From: Gemmatimonadales bacterium
GTDB taxonomy: Bacteria > Gemmatimonadota > Gemmatimonadetes > Gemmatimonadales > GWC2-71-9
DNA: 64,000 nucleotides
NCBI GenBank assembly: GCA_035278885.1
Contig: DATEIR010000068.1
Location: forward strand, 4,095 to 68,094
Direction: 5' to 3'
The notes under the pieces are model-generated. The model did not search any database, was not told the DNA's origin, and saw only the letters and a list, made by a program, of their open reading frames with translations. The position numbers and the translations under genes were made by a program. This document shows, in pieces, positions 25,982-35,948 of the stretch; position 1 is the stretch's first letter; each line of letters opens with the position of its first letter.

Positions 25982-27852
25982 GGGCCGCCCGCCGCACGGA
26001 GCGGCTCACCCTGGCCCAGGCGCTGGTGCGCTTCCTCGCGGTGCAGCGCACCGAGCGCGACGGGGTCGAGCGTCCCTTCGTCGCGGGCGTGTTCGGCATC
26101 TTCGGCCACGGCAACGTCGCCGGAATCGGACAGGCCCTCCAGCAGTACGCCGACCGGCTGCGCTACTACCAATCGCGCAACGAGCAGGCGCAGGTGCACG
26201 CGGCGGCGGCCTATGCCCGGATGACCAACCGGCTCCAGACCCTGGCCTGCACCAGCTCGGTCGGGCCGGGCGCGACCAACATGATCACCGGGGCCGCGGG
26301 GGCGACGATCAACCGGCTCCCGGTGCTGCTGCTTCCCGGCGACGTCTTCGCCACTCGGCGGGTCGGCTCGGTGCTGCAGCAGCTGGAGAGCGGCAGCACC
26401 CAGGACATCTCCGTCAACGACGCCTTCCGGCCGGTGTCCCGCTACTGGGATCGGCTCAGCCGTCCCGAGCAGCTCATCGCCTCCGCCCCCGAGGCCATGC
26501 GGGTGCTGACGAGCCCTGCGGAGACCGGCGCGGTGACGCTCGCGCTGCCGCAGGATGTCCAGGCCGAAGCGTACGACTATCCGGCCGAGCTGTTCGAGCC
26601 GCGGGTGTGGCACGTACCGCGGCCACTGCCCGACGAGCGTGCACTCCGCCGCGCCGTCGAGCTGATCCGGGGCTCGCGCCGGCCGATGATCATCGCCGGT
26701 GGGGGAGTGATCTACTCGGAGGCGTGCGCCGAGCTGGCGGCGCTGGTGCAGGCGACCGGGATTCCCGTGGGCGAGACTCAGGCGGGCAAGGGCTCGCTCT
26801 CCTACGATCATCCCTCCTGCCTCGGGGCGATCGGCGTCACCGGCACGCCGGGCGCGAACCGGATGGCACGCGAGGCCGATCTGATCATCGGGATCGGCAC
26901 CAGGTACAGCGATTTCACCACCGCGTCGCGCACCGCGTTTCAGGAGCGCGAGGTCCGCTTCCTCAACATCAACGTGGCCGAGCTCGATTCCTACAAGCTC
27001 GCCGCGCTGCCGCTGACCGGTGACGCCCGCGTCACGTTGCAGGCGCTGGCCGCTGGGCTCCAGGATTGGACGGTCGAGACGGGCTACCGGCAGGCCGTCG
27101 CTCGTTGCAATCTCGAGTGGGACCGCGAGGTGGAGCGGATCTACGAGCTGGGGCACGGGCCGCTGCCGAGCCAGGGCGAGGTGATCGGCGCGGTGAACCG
27201 CGCGGCCGCTCCGGAGGACGTGGTCGTCTGCGCCGCCGGCAGCATGCCCGGCGATCTGCACAAGTTATGGCGGGCCCGGGACCCGAAGAGCTACCACGTC
27301 GAATACGGCTACAGCTGCATGGGCTACGAGGTCGCCGGCGGCCTGGGGGTGAAGATGGCCGCTCCCGACCGCGAGGTGTACGTGATGGTGGGCGACGGTT
27401 CCTGGCTCATGATGTCGTCCGAGCTGGTGACCGCGGTGCAGGAGGGCGTCAAGCTCACCGTCGTCCTGGTGGACAATCACGGCTTCGCCTCGATCGGTGG
27501 ACTGTCGGCGGCCCTCGGCTCCCAGGGCTTCGGCACCGAGTATCGCTATCGCTCCGCGGCGGGAGAGCTGGACGGTCCGCCCCTGCCGGTCGACCTCGCG
27601 GCCAACGCCGAGAGTCTGGGCGCGTGTGTCTACCGGGTGCGCAGCGTCGCGGAGCTGGACGAGGCCCTGGGGAAGGCTCGCCGCATGGATCGGACGGTGG
27701 TGATCCAGGTGGAGACCGATCGGGAGGTGCGGGTCGGGGGCTACGAGAGCTGGTGGGACGTTCCGGTGGCGGAAGTCTCGACGATGGATTCGGTTCGCGC
27801 CGCGCGGGCGGAGTACGAGGCTGCGCGGGCGGGGGAGCGCTGGCACCTGTAA
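25978..27852 (+). CDS. iolD: 3D-(3,5/4)-trihydroxycyclohexane-1,2-dione acylhydrolase (ThDP-dependent)
   Basis: ATGA overlap with iolB. It has the ThDP enzyme layout with IolD-like strings (GIFGHGNV, TSSVGPGATNM, GDGSWLMMSSEL, NHGFASIG). Confidence 0.9.
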   Translation: MRAARRTERLTLAQALVRFLAVQRTERDGVERPFVAGVFGIFGHGNVAGIGQALQQYADRLRYYQSRNEQAQVHAAAAYARMTNRLQTLACTSSVGPGATNMITGAAGATINRLPVLLLPGDVFATRRVGSVLQQLESGSTQDISVNDAFRPVSRYWDRLSRPEQLIASAPEAMRVLTSPAETGAVTLALPQDVQAEAYDYPAELFEPRVWHVPRPLPDERALRRAVELIRGSRRPMIIAGGGVIYSEACAELAALVQATGIPVGETQAGKGSLSYDHPSCLGAIGVTGTPGANRMAREADLIIGIGTRYSDFTTASRTAFQEREVRFLNINVAELDSYKLAALPLTGDARVTLQALAAGLQDWTVETGYRQAVARCNLEWDREVERIYELGHGPLPSQGEVIGAVNRAAAPEDVVVCAAGSMPGDLHKLWRARDPKSYHVEYGYSCMGYEVAGGLGVKMAAPDREVYVMVGDGSWLMMSSELVTAVQEGVKLTVVLVDNHGFASIGGLSAALGSQGFGTEYRYRSAAGELDGPPLPVDLAANAESLGACVYRVRSVAELDEALGKARRMDRTVVIQVETDREVRVGGYESWWDVPVAEVSTMDSVRAARAEYEAARAGERWHL

Positions 27853-27876
27853 ACCGCATCGGAGGAGGCAGACGAC

Positions 27877-30606
27877 ATGCACGCGCTTTTCTTGTCCAGA
27901 TTGCTGCTCGTCGGACCGCTTGCGTTGGCCGCGATCACGCTCCTGACCACGGTCGCGCCGCTGATGGCGCAGGACGCGGGTCGAATCCAGGGACGGATCA
28001 GCGGCGCCGAGAACGACCGCGCGCTCGAGGGCGCCCGGGTCACTCTGCGCCGCTCCACCCTGGTCGCGGTCACCGATGCCAAGGGCAACTATGTCCTGCC
28101 CCGGGTGCCGGCGGGCACCGATACCCTCGACGTCGCGTACATCGGGCGGGAACGGCTGAGTCAGGTGGTGACCGTGGAGGCGGGGCAGGCGGTGCAGGCC
28201 GACTTCAAGCTGGGCGTGTCGGCCGTCGCCCTGGAGGAGATCCAGGTGCTCGGCATGCGGGCGATGACCCAGGCCGAGGCGCTCAACCGGCAGCAGAACG
28301 CGGCCAACATCCAGAACATCGTCGCCTCGGACCAGATGGGCCGCTTCCCCGACGCCTCCGCGCCGGAAGCGGTGCAACGGCTGCCGGGCGTGGCACTGGA
28401 GCGGGACCAGGGCGAGGGCCGCTACATCCAGATCCGCGGCGGGTCGGCCCAGAACACCCAGGTCACCTTCAACGGCGAGCAGATCCCCTCGCCCGAGCCG
28501 GACGTCCGCCAGATCGAGCTCGACGCGGTCCCGGTGGACATGCTCGAGTCGATCGAGGTTTCCAAGGCGATCACTCCCGACATGGATGCCGACGCGATCG
28601 GCGGCTCGGTCAACCTGGTCACCAAGAAGGCTCCCGACATCCCGCTCTTCTCGGCCGAGGTGGCGGGCGGGTACGCGCCGATCCGGGAAGACCTGTCGGG
28701 CAACGGCTCGTTGACGTACGGCAGCCGGGTGAGCGACGGCCGGCTCGGGTTCCTCGTCTCCGGCTCCTACGCCAAGCGCAACTTCGGCAGCGACGACTCC
28801 GAGCCCGAGTACGACATCTCGGATCCGGGGCTGGACGACGACGCGCTGACCGGCCTCGACTCGCGTTACTACTCCCTGTGGCGGGAGCGGATCGGCGTCA
28901 CCGGCAATGTCGACTATCGCCTGGGCGAGAACTCGACCCTCATGGTGACCGGGATCTACTCCGACCTGGGCGACGAGGAGAATCGACGCCGGTTCATCAA
29001 CGGCGTGGAGGACGGCGAGCTGGAGTTCCTGCACAAGAACCGGCTGGAGCGCTCCAAGACCTGGAACGTGACCGCCGCCGGCGACCATCTCCTCTCCAGC
29101 GGCATCGGGGTGGACTACCATGCGACCCTGACCCGATCGGTCCAGGACACGCCCTACGACAACGAGATCTCATTCCTGCAGGAGGATGTCGAGTTCTCGC
29201 CCGATCTCAGCAACGCCGACGAGCCCCAGGCCAACCCCGGCAACGGCGCCGTCCAGGGCACCTATCTGTTCGACAACTTCGAGCCCGAGTCCAGCTACGC
29301 CTCCAACCTGGATCACGTCGCCGCGCTCAACTTCACGATTCCGTTCGGGCTGGGCGGCGGCGCGTCCGGCAAGCTCAAGGTCGGCGCCAAGTACCGGAAC
29401 AAGCACAAGTGGCAGGACTTCCAGTCGGTGGAGCAGGGTCTGACGGACGGGGCGAACGACATACTGCTGGGCACCGACGTCGGCGAGCCGTTCGAGGTGA
29501 AGGATTACCAGCCCGGCGACTACGAGTTCCCGCCCTTCACCACCAGCAATCAGGACGTTCGCGAGTTCGGCGACCGGTTCGCCTCGTCGCTCGAGACCGA
29601 GACGAACCTGGAAGAAAAGACCAACAATTACGAGGTGAACGAGCGGGTGGTGGCCGGGTACGTGATGAGCGAGATCCAGCTCACCCCGTCGCTCATGTTC
29701 CTCCCGGGACTGCGCTACGAGCACACCAGCTTCGACGGCACCGGCTACGACTTCGATCCCGATGCCGAGACGCTGACGCCGCACGAGGCGAGCAACGACT
29801 ATGGCCGGCTCTTCCCGGCGCTGCACATGCGCTATCAGGTCGCGCCGCGGACCAACATCCGGGCGGCGGTCACCACTGCCATGGCCCGGCCCAACTTCAT
29901 CGACCTGATCCCCTTCCGCCTGCCCGACGACGAGGACCTGGTCCTGGGCAACCCCGAGCTCGATCCGACCACCTCCACCAACTACGACCTGTTGCTGGAG
30001 CACTACGACCAGAACATCGGCGTCCTGTCCGCCGGGGTGTTCTACAAGGCCATCAAGGACCCCATCTTCCGCTTCATCACCGACAACGACCTCGGCGGCG
30101 AAACGGAGCAGCCCGGCAACGGCGAGAGCGGGCACATCGCCGGCTTCGAGGTCGCCGCGCAGCAGCAGCTGCGGATGCTGCCCCGGCCGTTCGACGGACT
30201 GGGCATCTTCGCCAACTACACCTACACCGATTCCAAGACCACGCTGCCCGGCGGCCGCGAGGCCCGACTTCAGGGTCAGGCCCCCCACGTCTTCAACGCC
30301 GCCCTCAGCTACGAGCGGGGACCCTTCTCCGGCCAGTTCAGCGTGAACTTCCTCGACGACTATGTGCTGGAGTACGGCGGAGACTCGGGTGAGCCCGACG
30401 AGGCGCTCGAGGACCTGATCGTGGACGACCACCTGCAGCTCGATTTCTCGGCGAACGTGGCGGTCACCCGGACGACGGCCGTCTTCGTGGAGTGGATCAA
30501 CATTTCGAACGAGCCCTATCGGGTCTTCCAGGGGGTCCAGGAGCGTCCGGTCCAGCGCGAGTTCTACCGCAGCTGGGGACGCTTCGGGGTCCGGGTGGCC
30601 CGGTAA
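27877..30606 (+). CDS. TonB-dependent outer-membrane receptor with N-terminal carboxypeptidase-regulatory-like domain
   Basis: GGAGGAGG Shine-Dalgarno sequence; signal peptide; CarbopepD_reg-like segment (GRISGAENDRALEGARVTL...TDAKGNYVL); plug motifs (QRLPGVALERDQGEGRYIQIRG); long beta-barrel ending ...GRFGVRVAR. Confidence 0.85.
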   Translation: MHALFLSRLLLVGPLALAAITLLTTVAPLMAQDAGRIQGRISGAENDRALEGARVTLRRSTLVAVTDAKGNYVLPRVPAGTDTLDVAYIGRERLSQVVTVEAGQAVQADFKLGVSAVALEEIQVLGMRAMTQAEALNRQQNAANIQNIVASDQMGRFPDASAPEAVQRLPGVALERDQGEGRYIQIRGGSAQNTQVTFNGEQIPSPEPDVRQIELDAVPVDMLESIEVSKAITPDMDADAIGGSVNLVTKKAPDIPLFSAEVAGGYAPIREDLSGNGSLTYGSRVSDGRLGFLVSGSYAKRNFGSDDSEPEYDISDPGLDDDALTGLDSRYYSLWRERIGVTGNVDYRLGENSTLMVTGIYSDLGDEENRRRFINGVEDGELEFLHKNRLERSKTWNVTAAGDHLLSSGIGVDYHATLTRSVQDTPYDNEISFLQEDVEFSPDLSNADEPQANPGNGAVQGTYLFDNFEPESSYASNLDHVAALNFTIPFGLGGGASGKLKVGAKYRNKHKWQDFQSVEQGLTDGANDILLGTDVGEPFEVKDYQPGDYEFPPFTTSNQDVREFGDRFASSLETETNLEEKTNNYEVNERVVAGYVMSEIQLTPSLMFLPGLRYEHTSFDGTGYDFDPDAETLTPHEASNDYGRLFPALHMRYQVAPRTNIRAAVTTAMARPNFIDLIPFRLPDDEDLVLGNPELDPTTSTNYDLLLEHYDQNIGVLSAGVFYKAIKDPIFRFITDNDLGGETEQPGNGESGHIAGFEVAAQQQLRMLPRPFDGLGIFANYTYTDSKTTLPGGREARLQGQAPHVFNAALSYERGPFSGQFSVNFLDDYVLEYGGDSGEPDEALEDLIVDDHLQLDFSANVAVTRTTAVFVEWINISNEPYRVFQGVQERPVQREFYRSWGRFGVRVAR

Positions 30607-30609
30607 GGG

Positions 30610-31776
30610 ATGGCGCTCTCAATCCCGAAATTCGGAGGAGTGGTGCATTCGACTGATTGCTTGCCGAGCCGTGCGGCGTACCTGGCGGTCCTGGTGCTGG
30701 CCGCCCTGGGATGCGGAAAGGAGCCGGCCGCCGACAAGGCGCCGGCCGCAGCCGAGGCGCCGGCCCCCGACCCCGTGGTCGCGGACCTGCCGGAGGCCTG
30801 GCTCACCCACCGCGACACGCTGGACAACATCGATTCCCCGGCGGTGTGGCACGGTCCCAAGGGGCAGCACTGGCTCCTGTCCACCGCCAAGACCACCCAC
30901 GTCCTGGTGGTGAACGATGCCGCCACCGGCGCGCCGATCCGCCGGGTGGGCGGGCCGGGCAAGGCCAAGGGACAGCTGCTGCGACCCAACGGCATCGCCG
31001 TGATCGACGACCTCGCCCTCGTGGTCGAGCGCGACAACCACCGGGTGCAGGTGTTCCGGCTGCCGGAGTTCACCTCGCTGGGCACCTTCGGCGACGACGT
31101 GCTGCGGCTGCCGTACGGCCTCACCGTCTTCCCCGACAAGGAGGCGGGCCACTACACCGTCTACGTGACCGACAACTACGAGATGCCGGACGAGACCGTC
31201 CCGCCGGACAGCCTCCTGGGCCAGCGGGTCCGCCAGTTCCGGGTCGGCGTGACGCCGAGCGGTATCTCGGCCGAGTCGGTCAAGGCGTTCGGCGAGACCG
31301 CCGGCCCCGGCGTGCTCAAGGTGGTCGAATCGATCGAGGCCGACCCGTCGCACGACCGCCTGCTCATCGCCGAGGAGCTGGAGGGCGGGTCGGTGATCAA
31401 GGAGTACACGCTGGAAGGGAAGTTCACCGGGCGGCTAGTGGGGCCGGGCCTGTTTCCCCACCAGGCGGAAGGGATCATCCTCTACAGCTGCGGCGACACG
31501 GCGGGGTACTGGGTGACCACCGACCAGAGCCTGGAGGTCAATACCTTCCACGTGTTCGACCGAACCACGCTGGCCCATCTGGGCTCGTTCCGGGGGAACA
31601 CCACGCTCAACACCGACGGGATCGCGCTGACGCAGCGCGGCTATGGCGCGTTCCCCAACGGCGCGTTCTTCGCGGTGCACAACGACGGCAACGTCGCCGC
31701 ATTCTCCTGGGCGGCCATCGCCGATGCGCTGAAGCTGCGGAAGGACTGTCCGGGGCCGCAGGAGAAGGCGTCGTGA
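30610..31776 (+). CDS. Beta-propeller phytase (3-phytase/BPP family) lipoprotein
   Basis: Lipobox LVLAALGC. The blocks ESIEADPSHDRLLIAEELEGG, HQAEGIILYSCGDTAGYWVTTDQS and TDGIALTQRGYGAFPNGAFFAVHNDGN...FSW parallel the Bacillus PhyC blocks [44 protein letters not shown] and [27 protein letters not shown]...VPW (recalled from memory). Confidence 0.7.
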   Translation: MALSIPKFGGVVHSTDCLPSRAAYLAVLVLAALGCGKEPAADKAPAAAEAPAPDPVVADLPEAWLTHRDTLDNIDSPAVWHGPKGQHWLLSTAKTTHVLVVNDAATGAPIRRVGGPGKAKGQLLRPNGIAVIDDLALVVERDNHRVQVFRLPEFTSLGTFGDDVLRLPYGLTVFPDKEAGHYTVYVTDNYEMPDETVPPDSLLGQRVRQFRVGVTPSGISAESVKAFGETAGPGVLKVVESIEADPSHDRLLIAEELEGGSVIKEYTLEGKFTGRLVGPGLFPHQAEGIILYSCGDTAGYWVTTDQSLEVNTFHVFDRTTLAHLGSFRGNTTLNTDGIALTQRGYGAFPNGAFFAVHNDGNVAAFSWAAIADALKLRKDCPGPQEKAS

Positions 31777-33392
31777 GACGCTGGCTGGCGATCGGGCTGG
31801 CCGCGGCGCTGGCTCCGGCCGGCTCCGTGGCCGAGGCTCAGGCGGTGGCGCGGAGCCGGCCCCGGCTGGTCGTGGCCATCGCGGTGGACCAGCTTCGGGC
31901 CGATTACATGGAGCGCTTCCGGCCCTATTTCGGGCCGGGCGGCTTCAACCTCTTCCTCCAGCGCGGGGCCAACTTCGCCCAGGCCCGATACGAGCATTCC
32001 ACGACGTCCACCTGCCCGGGCCACGCGGTCATCCTGACCGGCAGCTACGGGCAGAACAACGGGATCATCGCCAACAACTGGTTCGACGTGACGCGGGGCC
32101 GGAAGACGTACTGCGCCGAGGACACGACTACGACGCTGATCGGCTCGACGGAGCCCGGGCGCTCTCCGCGCAACCTGTTCGGCGCCACGGTCGGCGACGT
32201 GCTCAAGATGAACACCGGAGGCCGGAGCAAGGTGGTCACGGTCTCGGCGAAGGACCGGTCGGCCATCATGCTGGGCGGGCACCTGGCCGATGCGGCCTAC
32301 TGGATCGTGGACACGCTGTTCGTCACCTCCACATACTACCGCACCGAGCTGCCGGCCTGGGCCCGGGAGTTCAACGCCTCGCACCCGATCTCCAAGTACT
32401 TCGGCCGCAAGTGGGAGCGGCTGCTGCCGGCCGCGGCCTACGCCGGCATGGGACCGGACGACGAGCCGGCGGAGCGGGACGAGGCCGGGCTGGGGCGGGT
32501 CTTTCCCCACCCGGTGGCGGACGGTGACGCCTTCGATCTCTCCCCCTTCCTGAACGAGGTCACGGCTCAGTTCGCGATGCGCGCCGTTACGGCCGAAGGT
32601 CTGGGGAAGGACACCATTCCCGACCTCCTGGGCATCAGCTTCTCGGCCAACGACCGGGTGGGTCACGCTTTCGGGCCGGAGAGCCATGAGGTGATGGATG
32701 TGACGGTGCGGCTCGACCGTCTCCTGGGGCGGCTGTTCGGCTTCCTGGACCGAACGGTCGGCCTCGCGAACGTGATGATCGTGCTGACGGCCGATCACGG
32801 CGTGGCGCCGATGCCGGAGGTGCTCGCCCGGCTCCATCCGGGAACGACGGCGCGGCGCCTCAACCCGGCCGTGATCGACACCGCGGTCGACGCCGCTATG
32901 GTGGCGCGCTACGGCGCGGCCGCGGCGCCGGGCTGGATCATCTATCACGATACGCCGCTGCTCTATCTCAACCGGGCCGCGTTGGAGGCGCACCGGATTC
33001 CGCTGGAGGAGGCGCAGGAGGTGGCCCGGACGGCCGTGCTGTCGGTGCCAGGGGTCCACGAGGCGCTCACCGCCGCGGAGCTGATCCGTCTCCGGGATGG
33101 CGGGGCCGAGAGCGGTTCGGTGCGCTCGTTTCACCCTGCCCGGAGCGGGGACGTCTACTATCGGCTCGAGCCGTACTGGCAGGCGGATGACGAAGGCGCC
33201 GGCACCGATCACGGAAGCGGCTGGCTGTACGACCAGCGGGTGCCGCTGCTCTGGTACGGGCGAGGTGTCGGCGCGGGGACCTACCAGGGCGCCGCCGCGG
33301 TGGCGGACATCGCGCCGACGTTGTCCGCCTACCTGGGACTGATCGGCCCGGGGGGAGCGCAGGGACGGGTGCTGCGCGAGATGATGCGGTGA
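31773..33392 (+). CDS. Alkaline-phosphatase-superfamily phosphatase/phosphodiesterase (NPP/PafA-like)
   Basis: GTGA overlap with the phytase stop. Signal peptide; DQLRADY; Thr-nucleophile motif TSTCPGHAVILTG (TxPxH); LTADHG metal site. Confidence 0.8.
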   Translation: MRRWLAIGLAAALAPAGSVAEAQAVARSRPRLVVAIAVDQLRADYMERFRPYFGPGGFNLFLQRGANFAQARYEHSTTSTCPGHAVILTGSYGQNNGIIANNWFDVTRGRKTYCAEDTTTTLIGSTEPGRSPRNLFGATVGDVLKMNTGGRSKVVTVSAKDRSAIMLGGHLADAAYWIVDTLFVTSTYYRTELPAWAREFNASHPISKYFGRKWERLLPAAAYAGMGPDDEPAERDEAGLGRVFPHPVADGDAFDLSPFLNEVTAQFAMRAVTAEGLGKDTIPDLLGISFSANDRVGHAFGPESHEVMDVTVRLDRLLGRLFGFLDRTVGLANVMIVLTADHGVAPMPEVLARLHPGTTARRLNPAVIDTAVDAAMVARYGAAAAPGWIIYHDTPLLYLNRAALEAHRIPLEEAQEVARTAVLSVPGVHEALTAAELIRLRDGGAESGSVRSFHPARSGDVYYRLEPYWQADDEGAGTDHGSGWLYDQRVPLLWYGRGVGAGTYQGAAAVADIAPTLSAYLGLIGPGGAQGRVLREMMR

Positions 33393-34147
33393 GGCTGCAG
33401 CGGTCCGCGTCCGGTTGGCTGCTGGTCCTCAACCTTCTACTTCCTGCAGCGGTGGCTGCCCAGGGTGGGCCCCCGCTTCGGACCGACGACCCGGGCACCC
33501 CGGGCCCGGGGCACTGGGAAATCAACACCGCGCTCACGATCGAGAAAGTCCCCGGGCAGACCGCGTTCGAGGCGCCGCTCGCCGACATCAATTACGGCAT
33601 CGGGGAGCGGGTCCAGCTCAAGCTGGAGGCGCCGCTCGAGGTGGTGGACCAGCACGGCGCCAGCGCGGAGACCCGGTTGGGGAACCCGATGGTGGGCGTG
33701 AAGTGGCGCTTCCTGGACCGGGTCGGAACGGGATTCGCCGTGTCCACCTATCCCCAGCTCGAGCTGGTAGGCCCGAGTCGGACGGAAGCGGAACGGGAGG
33801 CGGACGGCGGCGAGTCGCTGCTGCTTCCGATCGAGGCGGTCGTACGCACCGGGCCGGTGGCGTGGAACGCGGAGGTGGGCTACCGGATGGTGGCGGACGC
33901 CGCGAGCGCCGTCATCTATGGCCTCGTGCTGGGGCACGACCTCACCCCTTGGCTGGAGCTGGCGGCGGAGTGCAACGGCGAAAGCGATTCCAGGCTCGAG
34001 GAGGCGACGGTCGTGTGCTCGCTGGGTGCCCGAGAATCGGTGAACGAGCACTTCACCCTGCTCGGCGCGCTGGGCCGCGGGATCAGCGGGCCATCGGAGG
34101 AGCGACCGACCATGGCCATGTACCTGGGCCTGCAGTCGTCCTGGTAG
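33389..34147 (+). CDS. Outer-membrane beta-barrel 'transporter' (MetA-pathway/Phenol_MetA_deg-like)
   Basis: Signal peptide, then PLRTDDPGTPGPGHWEIN, which is typical of this OM barrel family. Alternating beta-strand pattern. There is a 4-nt overlap with the upstream gene. Confidence 0.55.
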   Translation: MRLQRSASGWLLVLNLLLPAAVAAQGGPPLRTDDPGTPGPGHWEINTALTIEKVPGQTAFEAPLADINYGIGERVQLKLEAPLEVVDQHGASAETRLGNPMVGVKWRFLDRVGTGFAVSTYPQLELVGPSRTEAEREADGGESLLLPIEAVVRTGPVAWNAEVGYRMVADAASAVIYGLVLGHDLTPWLELAAECNGESDSRLEEATVVCSLGARESVNEHFTLLGALGRGISGPSEERPTMAMYLGLQSSW

Positions 34148-34153
34148 CCGACC

Positions 34154-34996
34154 GTGCCCGCGGCGCTCTTGCCCAGGTTCGCGCTCAACCACATGGCCGC
34201 TCCCAGGCTCGGCGTGGCCGAGTTCTTCCGGCTCGCCGGCTCGCTCGGGATTACCGAAGTCGAGATCCGCAACGATCTTCCTGGGCGGGCGATCGTGGAC
34301 GGCACCTCACCCCGCGCTGTCCGCCGGACGGCTGCCGAGGCGGGAGTGGCAATCGCCTCGATCAACGCGCTCCAGCGCTTCGACGACTGGAATGCGGCGC
34401 GTGAAGCCGAAGCGACCGCGCTCGCCGCGTATGCCGGGGCGGCCGGGGCCCGAGCGCTGGTGCTGGTGCCGAGGAACGACGGGACATCTAACGGAAACGG
34501 TCCGGAGCTGGCGAAGGCGCTCAGGATGCTGGCTCCTATCCTGGCCGACCACGACATCGTCGGCCTGGTCGAGCCGCTCGGGTTCGGCACCTGCTCGCTG
34601 CGGCTCAAGCGGCGGGCCGCCGAGGCGATCGATGCGGTCGGGGGCGGGCGCTTTCGCCTGGTCCACGACACCTTTCACCACGCCGTGGCGGGCGAGGCGG
34701 ACCTGTATCCGGCGCTCACAGGCCTGGTCCACATCTCCGGCGTGAGCGAGGGTGCTCTCGCCCTGGCGGAGCTGGCGGACAGCCACAGGGTGCTGGTGGA
34801 CGAAGGGGACCGGATCGACAATCTGGGGCAGATCGAGCTGCTGCTGGCCGGCGGGTATGGCGGCCCGTTCTCGTTCGAGCCATTCGCGGAGGACGTTCAC
34901 CGCCTTGGCGAGCCCGGGCAGGCCCTCGGCCGAAGCATGGAGTTCATCCGGCACCGCCTCGCGCGGCCTGCCGTGATCGGAGGCGAACCGGCATGA
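34154..34996 (+). CDS. Xylose-isomerase-like TIM-barrel protein, IolI (inosose isomerase)-like
   Basis: FALNHMAAP, EVEIRND, INALQRFDDWN, VHDTFHHAVAGE and FSFEPF parallel B. subtilis IolI blocks (recalled from memory). Confidence 0.6.
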   Translation: MPAALLPRFALNHMAAPRLGVAEFFRLAGSLGITEVEIRNDLPGRAIVDGTSPRAVRRTAAEAGVAIASINALQRFDDWNAAREAEATALAAYAGAAGARALVLVPRNDGTSNGNGPELAKALRMLAPILADHDIVGLVEPLGFGTCSLRLKRRAAEAIDAVGGGRFRLVHDTFHHAVAGEADLYPALTGLVHISGVSEGALALAELADSHRVLVDEGDRIDNLGQIELLLAGGYGGPFSFEPFAEDVHRLGEPGQALGRSMEFIRHRLARPAVIGGEPA

Positions 34997-35937
34997 AGAA
35001 GGTCCTGCTCGCGATAGCCGTCCTGGCGCTGGGAGCGTGCGCCCGATCCAAGACGACCACCATCGGCGTCTCGATGGCGCTGTTCGACGACAACTTCCTG
35101 ACCGTCCTGCGCAACGGGATGCAGAGCTACGCGCAGGCCCTCGACGCCGTCAGCCTTCAGGTGGAGGACGCGCAGAACGACGTCGCCAAGCAGCTGAGCC
35201 AGATCCAGAATTTTATCTCTCAGGGAGTCGATGCCATCCTGGTGATCCCGGTGGACACCGATGCGACGCCCGCCATGACCAAGCTGGCGGCCGAGGCCGG
35301 GATTCCGCTCATTTACGTGAACCGGACGCCGGCCGATCTGGACCGGCTGCCGAAGAACATGGCCTTCGTCGGCTCCAACGAGGTGGAGGCCGGCACGCTG
35401 GAGACCAAGGAGGTCTGCCGCCTGCTGAAGGGAGCGGGGAAGGCGGAGGCCCACATCGTGGTCATCATGGGCGAGCTCTCCAACCAGGCCGCCCGACAGC
35501 GGACGCAGGACGTGGTGGACGTGCTGGCGACGCCGGAATGCTCCTTCATGAAGATCGTGGAGCGGCAGACCGGCAACTGGCAGCGCACCCAGGGCCAGGA
35601 CCTGATGAGCAACTGGATCAGCGCCGGCATCAAGTTCGATGCCGTGGTCTCGAACAACGACGAGATGGCCATCGGCGCGATTCAGGCGCTCAAGGCGGCG
35701 GGCTACGACATGGGCAAGCTGATCGTGGCCGGCGTGGATGGGACGGACGACGCCCTGGCCGCGATGCAGGCCGGCGATCTCGACGTGACGGTGTTTCAGG
35801 ATGCCGCCGGCCAGGGCAAGGGAGCGGTCGACGCCGCGCTCAAGCTGGGCCGGGGTGAGACGGTCGAGCAGACCGTCTGGATTCCGTTCGAGCTGGTGAC
35901 GCCCGAGAACGTCGAGCGGTACCTGGCGCGGGATTAG
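34993..35937 (+). CDS. Sugar ABC transporter substrate-binding lipoprotein (ribose/inositol-binding type)
   Basis: ATGA overlap with the previous stop. Lipobox LALGAC. Peripla_BP_4-like pattern ([52 protein letters not shown]). Confidence 0.85.
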   Translation: MKKVLLAIAVLALGACARSKTTTIGVSMALFDDNFLTVLRNGMQSYAQALDAVSLQVEDAQNDVAKQLSQIQNFISQGVDAILVIPVDTDATPAMTKLAAEAGIPLIYVNRTPADLDRLPKNMAFVGSNEVEAGTLETKEVCRLLKGAGKAEAHIVVIMGELSNQAARQRTQDVVDVLATPECSFMKIVERQTGNWQRTQGQDLMSNWISAGIKFDAVVSNNDEMAIGAIQALKAAGYDMGKLIVAGVDGTDDALAAMQAGDLDVTVFQDAAGQGKGAVDAALKLGRGETVEQTVWIPFELVTPENVERYLARD

Positions 35938-35948
35938 GCGGCGACGCG

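Noticed and set aside
27066-30392. 1108-aa + strand ORF spanning the iolD 3' end and the TonB receptor
   Set aside because: It is an alternative frame of two genes with clear family signatures. It is extremely Arg/Gly/Pro-rich, which is a high-GC artefact. The same reasoning applies to the N-terminal extensions of ORFs 22000..24243, 23790..25124, 24086..25981, 25810..27852 and 30657..33392, where only the 3' in-frame parts are real genes.
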